This document shows, one piece after another, positions 1 through 13,440 of a DNA stretch of 64,000 nucleotides; position 1 is the stretch's first letter; every line of letters begins with the position of its first letter. The stretch comes from Camelus ferus. Taxonomy: Eukaryota. Where the stretch lies: NCBI RefSeq assembly GCF_009834535.1, contig NC_045696.1, positions 86,430,001 to 86,494,000 of the forward strand, given 5' to 3'. The notes beneath the pieces are model-generated. The model saw nothing but the letters and a program-made list of their open reading frames with translations. It did no database searches and had not been told where the DNA came from. The position numbers and the translations under genes were made by a program.

Positions 1-1404
1 AGATGAAGGCATCACACCTCCTGATTTTAAAACATAAAGACAGAGTAATCAAAACAGTATGATACTGGTATAAAAACAGACATATATACCAGTGAAACAG
101 AAAAGAGAGGCCAGAAATAAAGTCACATATTTATGGTCAACTGATCTTTGACAAGGGTACTAACAATCCACAATGGGAAACACTGGTGATGGGAAAGCTG
201 GATATCCATATGCAAAAGAATGAAACCTGGACCCTTACGCCATAAACAAAATCAACTCAAAATGGATTAGAAATTTAAACATAAGACCCCAAACTGTAAA
301 ACTCTTAGAAGAAAACTTAGGGGAAAAGCTTCAGGATATTGGTCTGGGCAATGATTTCTTAGATATGACACCCAAAGCACAAGTAACAAAAGCAAAATTA
401 GACAAATGAAACTGCATCAAAGTAAAAATCTGCAGAGTGGGAAGAAAATCATCAGCAGAGTACAAAGGCAACCTACAGAACAGAAGAAAATATTTGCAAA
501 TCATATATCTGATAAGGGATTAATAAGCAAAATATACAAATAACTCCTATAACCATAAATAAATAAATAATGACTTAATCAAAAATTGGGTAAAGGACCT
601 GAAAAGGTGTTTCTCCAAAGAAATACATACAAACGGCCAACAGGTATATGAAAAGATGCTCAACATCACTAATTAGGGAAATAAAAATCAAGCTACAATG
701 AGATAATCACCTCACAGTTGTTAGGATGGCTATTATCAAACAAAAGATAATAAGTGTTGATGAGGATGTGGAGAAAATGGAACCCTTGTACACTGCTGTA
801 GGAAATGTAAAATGATTCAGTCACTATGGGAAACAGTGTGGAGGTTACTTAAAAATTTAAAAATAGAATTACCATATCATCCAGAGATCTCACTTCTGGG
901 TATCTATCTAAAGTAATTGAAATTAGTATGTTGAAGAGATATCTGCACTATCATGTTAATTGCAGCATTATTTACAATAGCCAAGAGATGAAAACACAAC
1001 CTAAATGTCCACTGATGGATGAATGGATGGTAAAAATATGGTCTTTACATATAATGAAATACTATTCAGCCTTAAAAAAGACGAAAATCCTATCATATAC
1101 TACTAATGGATTTTTGAGGACATTATGCTAAAATGAAAGAAGCCAATCACAGAAGGACAAATACTGTACAATTACACTTAAAAGAGGTGTCCAAAAGAGT
1201 CAAATTCAGAAACAGAGTAGAACGGTGGTTGCCAGGGGTTATGGGAAGGAGGAAGTAAGGAGTTGCTGTTTAACAGATATGAAGTTTCAGTTGTACAAGC
1301 TAAGTTCTAGAGATCTTTTGTACAGTGTTATGGTGTACAATCTTGTGTACTGTGCACTTAAAAATGGAAGAGGGTATATATCTCCTGCTAAGTGTTCTTA
1401 CCAC
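1..1404 (+). mobile_element. LINE-1 (L1MA-type) 3' part of ORF2 plus 3' UTR, degenerate; runs off window start
   Basis: Reads as the ORF2 C-terminus with frameshifts (ggcatcacacctcctgatttt ~GITLPDF; aaaacagtatgatactgg ~KTVWYW). Contains 'gaggacattatgcta' and ends with the L1MA-type terminus 'aagtgttcttaccaca'. Confidence 0.95.
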
Positions 1405-1539
1405 ATTTTTAAACACATATTTGTGACAGATAAAGTGAAGTCTGATGGCTATAAATTTTTATTTGCTTTCGTTTTTTAAGTATTTTTAAATTGGAAGGCA
1501 GGGGGCACATTCTGAAGTGAAATTGGAAGTTTTTGTAAG

Positions 1540-2460
1540 GTTCAGACCATGCTGGCATTATGTGCCCTGCTAAAGAATTTACAATGATTCCTGTATGAAA
1601 TTAGGTGACAGTAAAGATTTTACTTGTAGGGGTAATTTTGAATATTAGGAAATAAATTGCTTGACAGTGGTAGTGAGTGTGTTGGAGACTTGGAAAGGAT
1701 ATGAGCTTACAGAACATTTGAAGGTAGTTGTAGTAACTTAAGTGCAAAATCTCAGGCACATAATTTTAAACAGTATGGCAAGAAATAGAGCTAAGGGAGG
1801 GAGACTTGTTTTTTAATTAAGTTGTTGGTGTGCCTTGATGATTGATTAGAAAAGAAAGGCATATTTTACAGCAACAATCCTGTTTGAGTAACTCTACAAA
1901 ATGCTGGTGTCATTTACTGAAGCAGGCAACTACAGAAAATGTTTTTTATCTGGGAGAGAGAATGATGAAACAGGTTTTGTTCTGTTTGGGGCATGTTAAT
2001 TGTGAGATGTCTATGAATGTCACATTGGAGTTGGTAAATTTTAACTGGATATTTGAATCTGGACCCCCCGGCATGAGATTTAGACAAATGTTACAGATCT
2101 GTGTGTCGTCAGCACAGAGGCTGTAGTTAGTTGATTGCAAAGAATGAGAAAGGAAAAGTAACACAGTCAGCCTGTGAGGAATGTCAGTATTTATGGAATG
2201 AAATAGTAAAAAAAGAAGTAAGAATATTGAGAAAAAGTGTCCAGAGGAAGACTTTTCATAGAAATGAAGGGAGGAAAGAGCTTCAGAATAAAGGGAATTA
2301 TAAACTATTCTTACTGCAGAGGAATCCATCAAAATGCTTAAAAAATTATTTGTTTTATCAAAAAGTTACTTGTCACTTTCTTAGAGTGGGCATTTTCAAC
2401 ATAGGTAGGTGTGAAAATTAGATTGTAGGAGAGAGTGTAAAACTACTTTTTGTAAAAGTT
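1540..2460 (-). mobile_element. LINE-2 fragment
   Basis: Antisense L2 motifs: 'ggtgtcatttactgaag', 'ttctgtttggggcatgttaattgtgagatgtct', 'gatctgtgtgtcgtcagcacagag'. Confidence 0.75.
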
Positions 2461-2776
2461 TGTGAGGCCAGTGAACAAGGTAGAGTAATAACTAAAAGGT
2501 AATGACGGGGAGAAGCATGTTTTGAAGATGAAAGGAATGTACATGGTTAGAATTGAGAAGGGGGATAAGTATTCCATTGAATTCCTTGGGGCAAAGAAAG
2601 ATTAGATACAAAGTTCAGGTTACTGAGCATTTTTTTTTTTAAGGGATATCACCTTTTAAAACTTAGAAGCAAAGGCAAAAGATTAAGTGAAAACACCAAT
2701 AAATATGTATACACAAGGATTGTAAATCACAAAATCCAAGCATGATATATTTGATATAAAAGAATATTAAATAGTT

Positions 2777-3172
2777 TGTCTTAGGTTAGAATCTAAAGGA
2801 AACCGACATTGAAATGGAGTTTTGGATGCACAAGTTTAAGAAAGTTTCAACACCACCTGTGGCAGAGTGAGGGCAGCAGGGCTGTGCAGAGGGAGAGGCT
2901 GAACTGCAATGAAGTTGCAGCAAAAGCCTCAGTGGCTGGAAGGGGAAACTCAGGAACTCACATGGTCCTTCAAAGTTGTCATGAATCAAGGTAAAGAGGC
3001 TGCACCCTGGCACGAGGCATTAGACAAGGGCCACGCCAGGGAGAGAGCGTAACTTGGGTAAGACACTTCCCTTTACAAAGGAAATTTCCTGGAGTGGGAC
3101 TCAGCTATGAGCTATCAGCAGGCAACATTCCTGGCAGCCGAGGGAACCTATATGGCACGTAACAATCACTAT
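2777..3172 (-). mobile_element. MaLR LTR (MLT1I/J-like)
   Basis: 'tgtcttaggtt...cacctgtgg...gcagagggagaggctgaactgcaatgaagttgcagcaaaagcctcag...tggtccttcaaagttgtc' matches the antisense MLT1I/J consensus as recalled. Confidence 0.75.
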
Positions 3173-3839
3173 AGGGGTTTAAAATGATCCTTAAACTTCT
3201 GGGTCAAGATAGCCAGTGGCTACCTGGATTTCTTTATTTTGTCCTAGCCTCATTAAAATGAAGAGAAAAAAGCATGAAGAATTGAAACCCACCTCCACTA
3301 CCATCAAGAAAGAAATAGAAAGGTCGTACTTAGAGACTCAGACACAAATATTTGAGTATCCTAGATGGCTCAGAAGGTTGTAATGCGTGGGCCTTTAAAA
3401 ACCAAGTATCATCACCAAAAACAAAAAAACACAAAAATTAAGTATCATCACAGAATAGAGTCAGTTTTTAACATAATCTTGCCAGAGTTTCATTTTTTTG
3501 AATAGGTACAAAGTTACAATAAGTCTCTAAGAATCTCTTATACAGATTAAATTGTGTAATTTTAGGAAAAAAATATTCCTTTTGGCAAATTATATTTTCC
3601 CCCCTAGTAACAGGAGAAAGTAGACTCACTCTTCACAAGAGGAAGTTGCTGAGCTATACCTGAAGCACCATGATGTTTATACATACCTAGGGGGCCTAAG
3701 CTCATGCTACTTAAAGCCATTGGAAACCTAAAATAAATATGGTTCTGCTTATAGGCAGCTACACCTTGAAGCAGCTACGTTTTCAAGCCACAAGAAAGGA
3801 AAATAATGTGGAATGTCTCAATAGGCAATGGAATGGGAA

Positions 3840-4200
3840 TGGAGGATTTAATAAGCATCCCATGAGACTTAAATGAGAATTAAATCAGGAGATTGGGTAA
3901 AATAAATAACAAAGGCGCAATACAGTTATTCCTCTAAAGGTCAGAAAGGGGAAACTTTAAATGAATTTATTCAAAAGCATGAAAAATACAAAATAATTTC
4001 TGAAAAAGCATTCATTTCAAGAAACTAAGGGGAAAAACCTCAACATAAATACCTAATCCTAAAGAAAGAACTAATAAAGATAAAACCTGAAATCAATAAA
4101 ATAGAATAAAAATTAAAGTTACTTGACAAACTGTTTTGTGCAAAAAACTTAAGGACAAAAATACAGACACACTTCTGGGTAATGAGATACACAACAAAAA
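3840..4200 (+). mobile_element. Old L1 ORF2 fragment
   Basis: A-rich sequence with 'aaagaaagaactaataaagataaaacctgaaatcaataaaatagaa'. Confidence 0.6.
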
Positions 4201-4309
4201 TGAAGGAGGCGGGGAGGAGAAGGAGGAGGAGAAGTTGTCGTCAAAGAAGTCAAAGTCTAACTACAGTTTCAAAGACGATAAAGTGTTTTTAAGAGATCTT
4301 TATGTGGAA

Positions 4310-5140
4310 ATGGTCTTAGCTGTGATGGAATAACAGACTGGATTTGCTTCCCAACTGAAACAAACAAAAAATGTACAAAGTGTATGAAACATATTTTTCT
4401 CACTGGACAACAGGCATCTCAGGATAGTAATCTTTGAAAGAAGGGAAACAAATAAAGTGAGTCCCTAAGGTTGTTCAAGCTCATTTCTTGGAGGAAATTT
4501 CTAGGAGGAAATTCAGGGTCAGGATGTGTAAACAGAGCTTCCTGATCTCCCTGAATTGAGGAGACACAACACCGTATAGAGTTTAGGGAGAAGAAGGTGG
4601 CTAGAATACGTGAGGCAGAATGACAGAATGGAAAGAGTTACACAGAGAGGGAGTCTTCAGAGGATTTTCCTCCTATCTTTATCTGAATACTGACTGGCAC
4701 ACGTTCATGAGGCATCATCTCATAACCAGAGAAAGTTTTCTGGAAAGAAGCAGGCAGAACATCACTGAAGATCATACGGAGCTACGAACAGTTCATGCTC
4801 TGAACAACCAGAGTGGAAAGTTCTTCAAATGCATGGGACATCAAGTAGTGTTCTCAGTACTGGGGCCAAATTTACCATAAAGGCTATTCAGGGCTTGTCC
4901 AGCAAAGCTTAAAAGCAAACATGAAAACCATCAAAATGTTTCTAAATAACTTAACTAAACCCTAGAACAAAATCCAACAATATTTAAGAGAACACAAAAA
5001 TTCTCAGACCCAATAACATAAAATTTACAATGTCTGATATTCAATAAAAAATTACCTAGCATGTAAAGAAGCATGGAAATATAAATCTTAATGAGAAAAA
5101 AAAATCAATAGAAACAGACCCATAAATAACACAGATAATA
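4310..5140 (+). mobile_element. Old L1M (L1MD/L1ME-type) 5' region
   Basis: 'aaaatttacaatgtctgatattcaataaaaaattacctagcatgtaaagaagca' is typical of L1M 5' ends. The start resembles the element at 32430. Confidence 0.7.
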
Positions 5141-5149
5141 CAATTAGTA

Positions 5150-5400
5150 ATAGTAGTAATAAGAATAATGATAATAATTGCTTTGAATGTAAAACATGTA
5201 GCAGCATTAGGCTAAGTGCTTATCATCCATCCTTCAATGTAGCCATTTTTCAAAAAATCTTTGTAAAACACAATTATTTTCCCATTTCAAATAGTGTAGA
5301 AAACCTGGCCAACAACACAGGAGGACAACATGGCTGAAATGAGATTGACTTTCAAGTTTAGCCAACTGAAAAGAAATGTCAAGCATGTGTTCTTAACTAC
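5150..5400 (-). mobile_element. MIR SINE (degenerate)
   Basis: 'gcattaggctaagtgctt...attatttttcccatttcaaatag...gttcttaactac'. Confidence 0.5.
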
Positions 5401-8400
5401 TTTCTTACATCATTTTATTGTCAAAGTTACAGAACTATTCATTAATGAGTACTTCCTAAAGTGACTTAAGTGAGTGGAAGTAAATAACAGTATTTCACAA
5501 AGTCTGTCATCATTCTGATAATGTTTAAAGACTAAATTGGAAACTTCATTTTCACTAAATTCAAAATAAGTACCTCAAATGTCCAATTATTACTCTATAA
5601 GGCAAATTAATGAACATCTTTTTATTTAAATATTTTTTCAATGTATTCTAAAGAATGCCGTTCACCATATGTAACTGGCTGATGCAGTTTCACAGCAGAT
5701 ATTATATGTCAGTAGGAAGATATGCTACCAGCCCTTTAAGAGAAGCCCCTGTCTTTCAATCTTGACTTCACCTTTCCAAAATATATCTTGCTTCTTGTGC
5801 TAGATTTTACGTCTTCCAATCATTTCTCTGGGAAGAACATCTGGAATTAGCCTCCTCAATTCTCATCCCAAAGCCAGACTATCAAAATGTCAAGATTATC
5901 AAGATTAAATTTGGAATTCTGGCATTACTAACAATCTGGCCAAACGCCAGAACATGTGAAAATTAAGTTTATGAAATTTATGATTCATTAAGAAAATATT
6001 TTTAATATGAAGATACAATATTGAAAAGCTAAAATTCAAACAATTCTTATACTGAAAGAATTTAGACTGGGGACAAAAAATACCACAAGCATATAAGGAT
6101 GCCAGTGATTGTATCAGTGGTTTTGGAACCATCTATGTGGTCAAAAAAGACACACAAACACATATCATATCATGTATTCATAGAGATGAAAAGCTGGAAT
6201 GAAACAGATTAGATGGTAACTAATGGTGAAATTAACTAATGGAGAAGTTTAAATGATTACAGTTCATTCAAATGTTTTAATATTTGCATTACATGACATA
6301 TATATGCATTCTATAATAAAAGCTTTCATAAGATTATTTCCACTTAATTTTATTATAAGTATCAGAAATACTAGAAATGCCTAATTATGAAAGAACTAGT
6401 GTCTGATTTAACACCAAATTTGGTTCATTTAAAAAGTTTAACACATCATTTGGTTCACTTGAAAATTCTTCAGTCACTCATCTCGTTTGTGTAATTTAAA
6501 TAGTTCTATTGAAAAATGAATACACACAATATGTGAGTTTCAACTGATATATAACCTAAAAGATAGTAAAATAGAATTGTAGGCTTAAGGGGACATCATT
6601 ATGATGAAAGGATATCTCCATACAATTTAGTCCAGCCACATATTTTTCATTTCTTAAAAATAAAAAGCCTATGTATTTACTTTAGAGTTTTGTTGAAAGT
6701 AAGTATTTTCCCAGTAAAAACAAGTGAAATTTCCCTTGTAGAAATCACTATAAAATCTTTAAAATCACGAAGAGGACTTTCTAAAAGAGTCACATGATAG
6801 TGATGTTCTTTAATTTTCTTCAAAGAAATAAGACTACATTTACATTATTTTGGACTATTCTGTATTTGAAGATAGTTGCTATAAATTAGAAAAATTATTT
6901 TTATTGCATATAATGTTTGGTAAGCAGTTTTTAGTACTGAAACCCAGTGCTGAATCACCTTTTTCCTCCAGTGCAGATATAACTTTCTTGAGGTTTAACA
7001 ACCAGCATGGGGCATTGGCAGGTTCTCCTTCCTAACTGGAAGCAACTGACTCCCTATTGTGTGATAATTATAAAGAAAAATGTAAGATAAAGAATTTCAA
7101 GGATAAGAGGTTAAAATTTAGTAGCAAAAAGAGTTGGTTTGTTGCTTTTCCAGCCTAACAGAACAAAACCAAAACACCCACATCAACAAACACCTCCAAA
7201 TATCTTTCTTAACTTTTATTGTATGTTTTCTTGATGCAAAATTTCTCAACTTAGAGACATTAACCTAGACACTGGTATACCTGTATGTGGCAAGACACAA
7301 AGAGGCCACATTTATAATAAACTTTATAATCCTAGTAGTTTCCATGCAAATCCACCTAGCATACCAGAAACAGCAAGTGTAATTTCCATCCCTTGACTAA
7401 AGGATAAAAGCCGAGTATGCACGATTAGACTTAACACACCTCAATACTGAGCTGAACGGACATTTACCTTTGAGACTAAGTATTAGCATCAAATACATCT
7501 CACCAGACTACTTTTGCAGTTTTAACAGTTACTGGAGACTATTAACTTCCTGGAAGTTCACCAGGACCTGGTGTATATTCTGCAAGACAAGGCCAACAAA
7601 AATTAAATGCTGCAGCCTTCTTGAATCACAGTTTGGATTACTATTTATTCATATTACTTAAAGGTATTTTATTGAGGTCATTTTTGAACTAGGCTTTGGA
7701 CATTTGAGGGAACTGTTTGAAGAAGAGAAAGAGAAAAACATTATTTCAGTAGGGGTATAGTACAAATAAAGTTCATGATGAAGTAGAGGGCATGCACTAA
7801 GATCATAGAATAAATCAGACTAGTGCAAAAACAGCCCTGCTGAGGAGAAATAGAAGATAAGTTTGGATGGCTTCCAACCTGTTACTCTTCCTCACACAAA
7901 AGTCCTTGTTCAGCTCCTGTTCAAAACATCAACTTTTACTTCTCTTCCATTTTCTCTCTTTTATCCCTTACTCTAAAGAATTCCAGGCCATTCCACCTCA
8001 TCTTTGTAGAGTTGGTTTACTGGGTCAAAGTTAAGATGATCGTATAAGTTATATTCAAATTAGTAAAATTTGAAAGTGAAAGAGAATGTTATTGATTATT
8101 ACATCATGACATCAGGTATAATCCAGGTTGGTCCAGATGAACAAGTACATATGGGCACTCTATGTTGGGTGAATAGATGGGCAAAAGCAGCCCATCAACT
8201 TAGCTTCAACTGTATCGTCTCCATATTCAAAGATGCACGACAACAGATACACCCTGGATCCTGCCATCATTCAAAACAGTCTCACACCCAAAACTTTTAT
8301 CTAGAATGATATCTGACTCCCGATCCTAGTTATCTGCTCTCTCACTCCCAGGCCACTTGTTGCTTAAACACATTCAACCCAGCAATCACTTTGCCTATCT

Positions 8401-11021
8401 TCCCTTACTTAAATTCCTTCCTCAAAGGGTCATATGGCTCCCTGTTCAGCAATAGCAGATCATCTGTACCGTCAACAACTTTTTTGCCTAACCTCATTTT
8501 CCCCTTAAATTTCCACCTTTAAAATGCAAACCCTCTATTTTGGTTCATCCTCCTCTACAACTTGGCCTCACTGAGGTAACATATTTCCAAACATCTTGGA
8601 TACATTTTCTTGTGATGAGTTCTGGATGAATTGACACCCTTTTCTTTTTTTTTTATGTGATTTTCATTTCCAGGCACCCTGTCTCAGCCAGTACATTTTG
8701 AGTTCTAAAGCAAGGATATATACATGTAGTGGAGATGCATGTCTGTGTGTACTTTTATTACATATATAAACTATGAAAGTTTATGAAAATGTGAATATGT
8801 GTGTATGTTTTATAAACTTTCAGTTTTATAAACTTTAGTTTAAAGCAATGCCCAGTGAGCATTTAAAAAACAGATTTATAGGCTATTTAAAGCTCATATA
8901 TCCTTTAAAGCAAGTACTGGATATACTGAATAAAACATCAATTGGTAAAGTAAGTATATCTCCCCTCATGTTAGAAAGTAATAAATGTTCTTAAAGAATC
9001 ACACTTGATGTCTGTGTGCATATGCATTTTAAAACTTTGTTTATAGGCGACTATTTCTGTTGATTTAATCACTGCTTGAAATGGCTGCCTTAATTTAATC
9101 CTAACCTTAGGAAACAAGTAATTTCATGTTCAAATTAACCCAAATTTCACCCATTATATTGATTATGTTAGTGTTGTTAGAGAATTCAATTGTGTATTAT
9201 ACAAAGAGGTCTATTTAATTACAGAGGTTAATGTAGTGAGTATAAGCATCCTAGATGAAAACTTTCAACTGTTCACTTCAGTGTATGATAGTCTGTATTG
9301 CTTTCATGTGCATCCATCTGTGTGATTCCTATTGGATCTTCACAGAGAAAATCAGATGGTTCTGCACATGATCAAGAGAACAACTGCTTAAAGATATTTG
9401 ATTTAATAATACAATTCCTTCCAATTCAATGAGCATTGATTAAAAATCTACTCTAAAGCCAGCATATCATCAGTTCCTGTGTCCTTTGGTGATATAAAAG
9501 AGTAATAAGATAATCTAAAGAAAAAACAAATACAAGCAATCTGGTTAGGAAAGTCATGAACATATCTATCCATCCGTCCATTCCTTCACATACATATATT
9601 CATGTTTTTCTCTTTTTCTACTCCCTATACATTAACAAATTCATAACTTGAATCCATCCCATTATTCCCATACTGAAAACTCTGCACTGTTTTATTACCA
9701 ATAAATTAAAGCCTACATACAATATGCCCATTCAAATTTCAAACCTTATCTCCAACTGCTCTCAGATGCAAAACTTCTATTTCTATTAAACTAGTCTTCT
9801 TGCTGCCTGTCAGACACTATGGTTTTATTTTGTTCCTCTTTCATTGTACAAAATAATCTTGACTACATACTTAAATAAGTGCATAAACAATAATTTTGGG
9901 GGATTTCACTGGCGGACATCCACTTGAACCCAAACAGTTATAAAGGAATTCATGAATGGGTCAGACAGCAGTTGGACTAAAAAGGATGGATAGAAAAACA
10001 TTAGTAATTGACATGTTGCAAACCAACATTTTCGGCAGCAAATTTTACCTCCTTAGTTTTTCATTTTAATATTTTAATGAGGATTTCAAAAACACACATA
10101 TTTTACTGGTTAAATTATGTGGGCTTTTTTGTCAAAAATTTTGTGGGGTCAGAGGCAGTAACAAAGCATTTAGAATTTGGAGTCTGGTCTGAAGAAAGAA
10201 AGGAAAACTGAACTTTCTTTTGTTTTTAAAAATATTCTAGATGAATACTATTCTGTTTCATTAGAAATAACAACTTGTTTTTAAACAAATTCAAATTTTT
10301 AAATGTTAAATTAGTTTTGATATTAAAAGGAGAATTAATGAAAACTTTTTTAAGGTATAGAATCAATTAATATTATAAACCTTCCTGACTGGTACAGAGC
10401 CAGATTCAGGTGGCTTGGCAGTGAGCCGTTATGTAGATGAATCTCTTTATTTTTACTGTTTATAGACATGAGTGCTATTTTAACTATGTGATGCTAAATG
10501 AATGAGAGCTGTCCTACAGGAAATACGATGAAAATGCAGATGCCATTATGGAAAGTCCTTGAATCCCCCATTCCCCATATCCCCCTTCCCCCTATACCTT
10601 AACCTTGGATATCCCCTTGTTTTGAACAGATTAAGTCAGTTGGTTAAGAATTTATATGATTAAAGTGAGCTTCCGCCCTGTCTTTTTTGCTGTTTAATGT
10701 TACATGGCATACTAAAAATTATACCATGAAATAGGTAAAGAATACTTCCATTCTTTTGGTGAACTATCTTGATTTTTAAAAATAAAATAAAGAAGTAACA
10801 TTTTAACATTTTAACTAGGAGCTGGATTTTCAACCATTGTGGTAATGGAGCAGCTACATGTGTAAAATAAAATAAAGAAAAACTTCAGCACATGTGCACT
10901 TCATGACACTAGGAGTACATTTTCGACTATGTTATTTCTCAAACTTAGTTAGATCATTCATTTATTATTCTTGCAATTTAATTTCCTGTCACCAGGTGGA
11001 GAAAGTGTGCTAAAGCTAAAC

Positions 11022-11221
11022 CAGGGGTTAGCCCCTCAGGCCAGCAGCCTGTTTTTGTAAAGCATTAGTTGTAACACAACCACTCCCATGTGTTTATACA
11101 TTGTCTCTGGCTACTTTTGCATTACAATGACAAAGCTGAGTAGTTGTGACAAAGACTGTACGTCTTGCATATCATAAATATTTACTATCTGGCCCTTTAA
11201 GAAAATGTTTGCCAATCCAAG
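11022..11221 (+). mobile_element. MER58A (hAT-Charlie non-autonomous DNA transposon)
   Basis: 'caggggtt...cctgtttttgtaaa...gctgagtagttgtgacaaagactgta...taaatatttactatctggccctttaagaaaatgtttgccaa'. Flanked by a CTAG-like hAT target (gtctaggc). Confidence 0.9.
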
Positions 11222-11339
11222 GTCTAGGCAGTAAATTTTATGATTTAAATTGCAAAATAGCTCTCTGTTTACTTTTACCATATTTAATAATGAATTATTA
11301 CTCCTTTATTCTTAGTTTATGTTAAAAGAGTTCTAGGAT

Positions 11340-11850
11340 GTTAGTAAGGATAATACTAGTCACTGTAACAACGAAAGTCCTGTGTTACAGATGTCCAATA
11401 AATACAATTTTATTTCTAACTTAGACAAAAACCTATTGAGAATGTTCCTGATTGGCAGTAGATTTTTCTTCCATGTGGTAATGCAAGGATTCTTTCCATC
11501 CTCCTGTGCTACTCAGCATCTAAGTCTTGAGTCTTTTCTTTGCATTCAAATGTTAAAAAAAAAAAAAAAAAAAAAAGAGATGGAGAAGGCACACCTACCT
11601 CTATAAAAACAAAAACATAAAACACACAACAATCACAACCACCACAAAAGCAAAGAAGCCCAGGAGTGACAGACACACATATTACTTCGGCTCATAGTCC
11701 ACCGTTAAGAAATAATCCCATAGCTCCACTGAAATGCAAGAGAGCTAGAAAATTCAGTCCCTGAATTGATAATCACTTCACAGAAGTAATTCTACTCTCT
11801 GAAAAGGACAGTGTGGATGCTTGGTAGGCAGCTGGCATTGTTTGTCACTC
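11340..11850 (-). mobile_element. Old MaLR LTR (MLT1K/L-like) with internal poly-A run
   Basis: 'ctgtaacaa...ttatttct...gagtgacagacacac...acttcggctcatagtcca...aatgcaagagagctagaaaattcagtcc'. Confidence 0.65.
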
Positions 11851-13219
11851 CTGGATATCAGTTTTTGTCAACTTGACATCAATTTATGGATATTGTAGTT
11901 TGAGTAGATATTTCTATATTGCTTTTTTCTACATGCTGCTTTTGTAAGGTCACTGTTTCAGTTGGACCAGTCTTTGTGTCATTTTTTGGAGGCTGGGAAG
12001 TACAAAATGAAGGAAATGCAGTTGCTGTGTTACACGTTAACCATTGTGTCTGACCATAAGCAATTACTGAAATAGTATCTCCCCCACCCCATACCTGTCT
12101 GCTTTAGTTGCTTTTTAGACAATTGAAACTCCTTGGCGTTACACGAATTTTTTCTTCCTGGTTGCCACGAGGACTGAATAACTTACATAACAAGCAGAGG
12201 GCTTTCTTCCTTTCAACCTGCACTTTTTCTCCCAAAATTCACAATTATGATTACAGCATCACCTATGCTTTACCCTGACCTGTCTTAGAATAAAAGCACA
12301 AATTCTGGCGTTCTCCAGTGACAAGTGTTATTGTCTGCTGCCCTTTAAAGTAGGTGTTCTAGTGCTTTGCCTATGTGAGGGGTGAGGGACATATGACTTC
12401 TACACAAGGTAAAACCCATGTAGAGTATGGGCTGTGTGCTGTGCAGGCCAGAGAAAAAAGGTCCTAATGCCTCCTAGTTTCTACAGCTTCCTTCCTTTGG
12501 TAAAAACAAATAACAAAAAGTCACAGTTACTTACACTTTCAGAGTTTACAAAGTGGTTTACGCATATCATGTGTCATGCAAAGTGTCCTGAACACAGAAA
12601 ACTGGAGCGAGTACATATTCAAACTGTGTATTGTCACAAAACAGGAAAACGACAACATTCTGTGCTTAACACCTTGTTCATATTTACCCCATTGATACTG
12701 GACGAGGCTTTCATGAAGGGGAGCAGAAACACCACACAACCGGGAAGGTAAAACCATGGCTGTTCCCAAACCTCAGAGCACATTAGGGCGAAGTCTCCTA
12801 ACTTCATGTGACGGACTTCATTTCTACCAGTTTCCATACTCTTCTGATCTCTCTCTGCCAGCGTGTCCGCGACAGGGCTCTCATTCAACACTTACATCTT
12901 TCTTGAACCTGGCTTCTCTCCCTAAATGTAATTGTACGTCCTTGATTATTTTTAATATTTTGTGGTAGGACTTCTGATGCTTCCAATCACATTCCTGATT
13001 TCACCTTTTTAGGACAGATCTGGTAAATATGAATCTGATGTGTCTAGAGGTTCAAACCTGAGCTCTAGCTGCTGCTGGTACGCTCAACCTAGGACTCTTC
13101 ATTAGAAGTTCTCTCTGTGGGCCAAAAAGCTATTTATTAATGATGTGGGCTATTTAAGTCTCTGTTCCTGTTATTTCTTTAACTAGAATGCGTTTATACA
13201 CATCTGAGATGAAGGCATT

Positions 13220-13440
13220 ATTTTTAAAATTTTCCTCATAGTTAATAACTCCCTCAACACATCTGTACCTCTTTGTACACTCATTATGCATTTGTTTTAT
13301 TCCATTTGGCATAATTGTGAGTTTACATATGCATTTCCCCTGCCAGGTCTTGAATTCTAGGAAACGTGTTAATCTGTGATAATTCCACTGGGCTTGCATA
13401 CTGCCATAGACAAAATATGCTTAATAGGTTTGTTGAAAAA
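13220..13440 (+). mobile_element. LINE-2 3' end
   Basis: Ends '...atgcttaataggtttgttgaa', the L2 tail motif. Confidence 0.55.

Noticed and set aside
928..1479. ORFs 928-1131 and 1225-1479 as genes
   Set aside because: They lie in degenerate L1 ORF2 and 3' UTR sequence.
1842..2421. Overlapping ORFs up to 128 aa
   Set aside because: They lie within antisense L2 and show no recognisable protein features.
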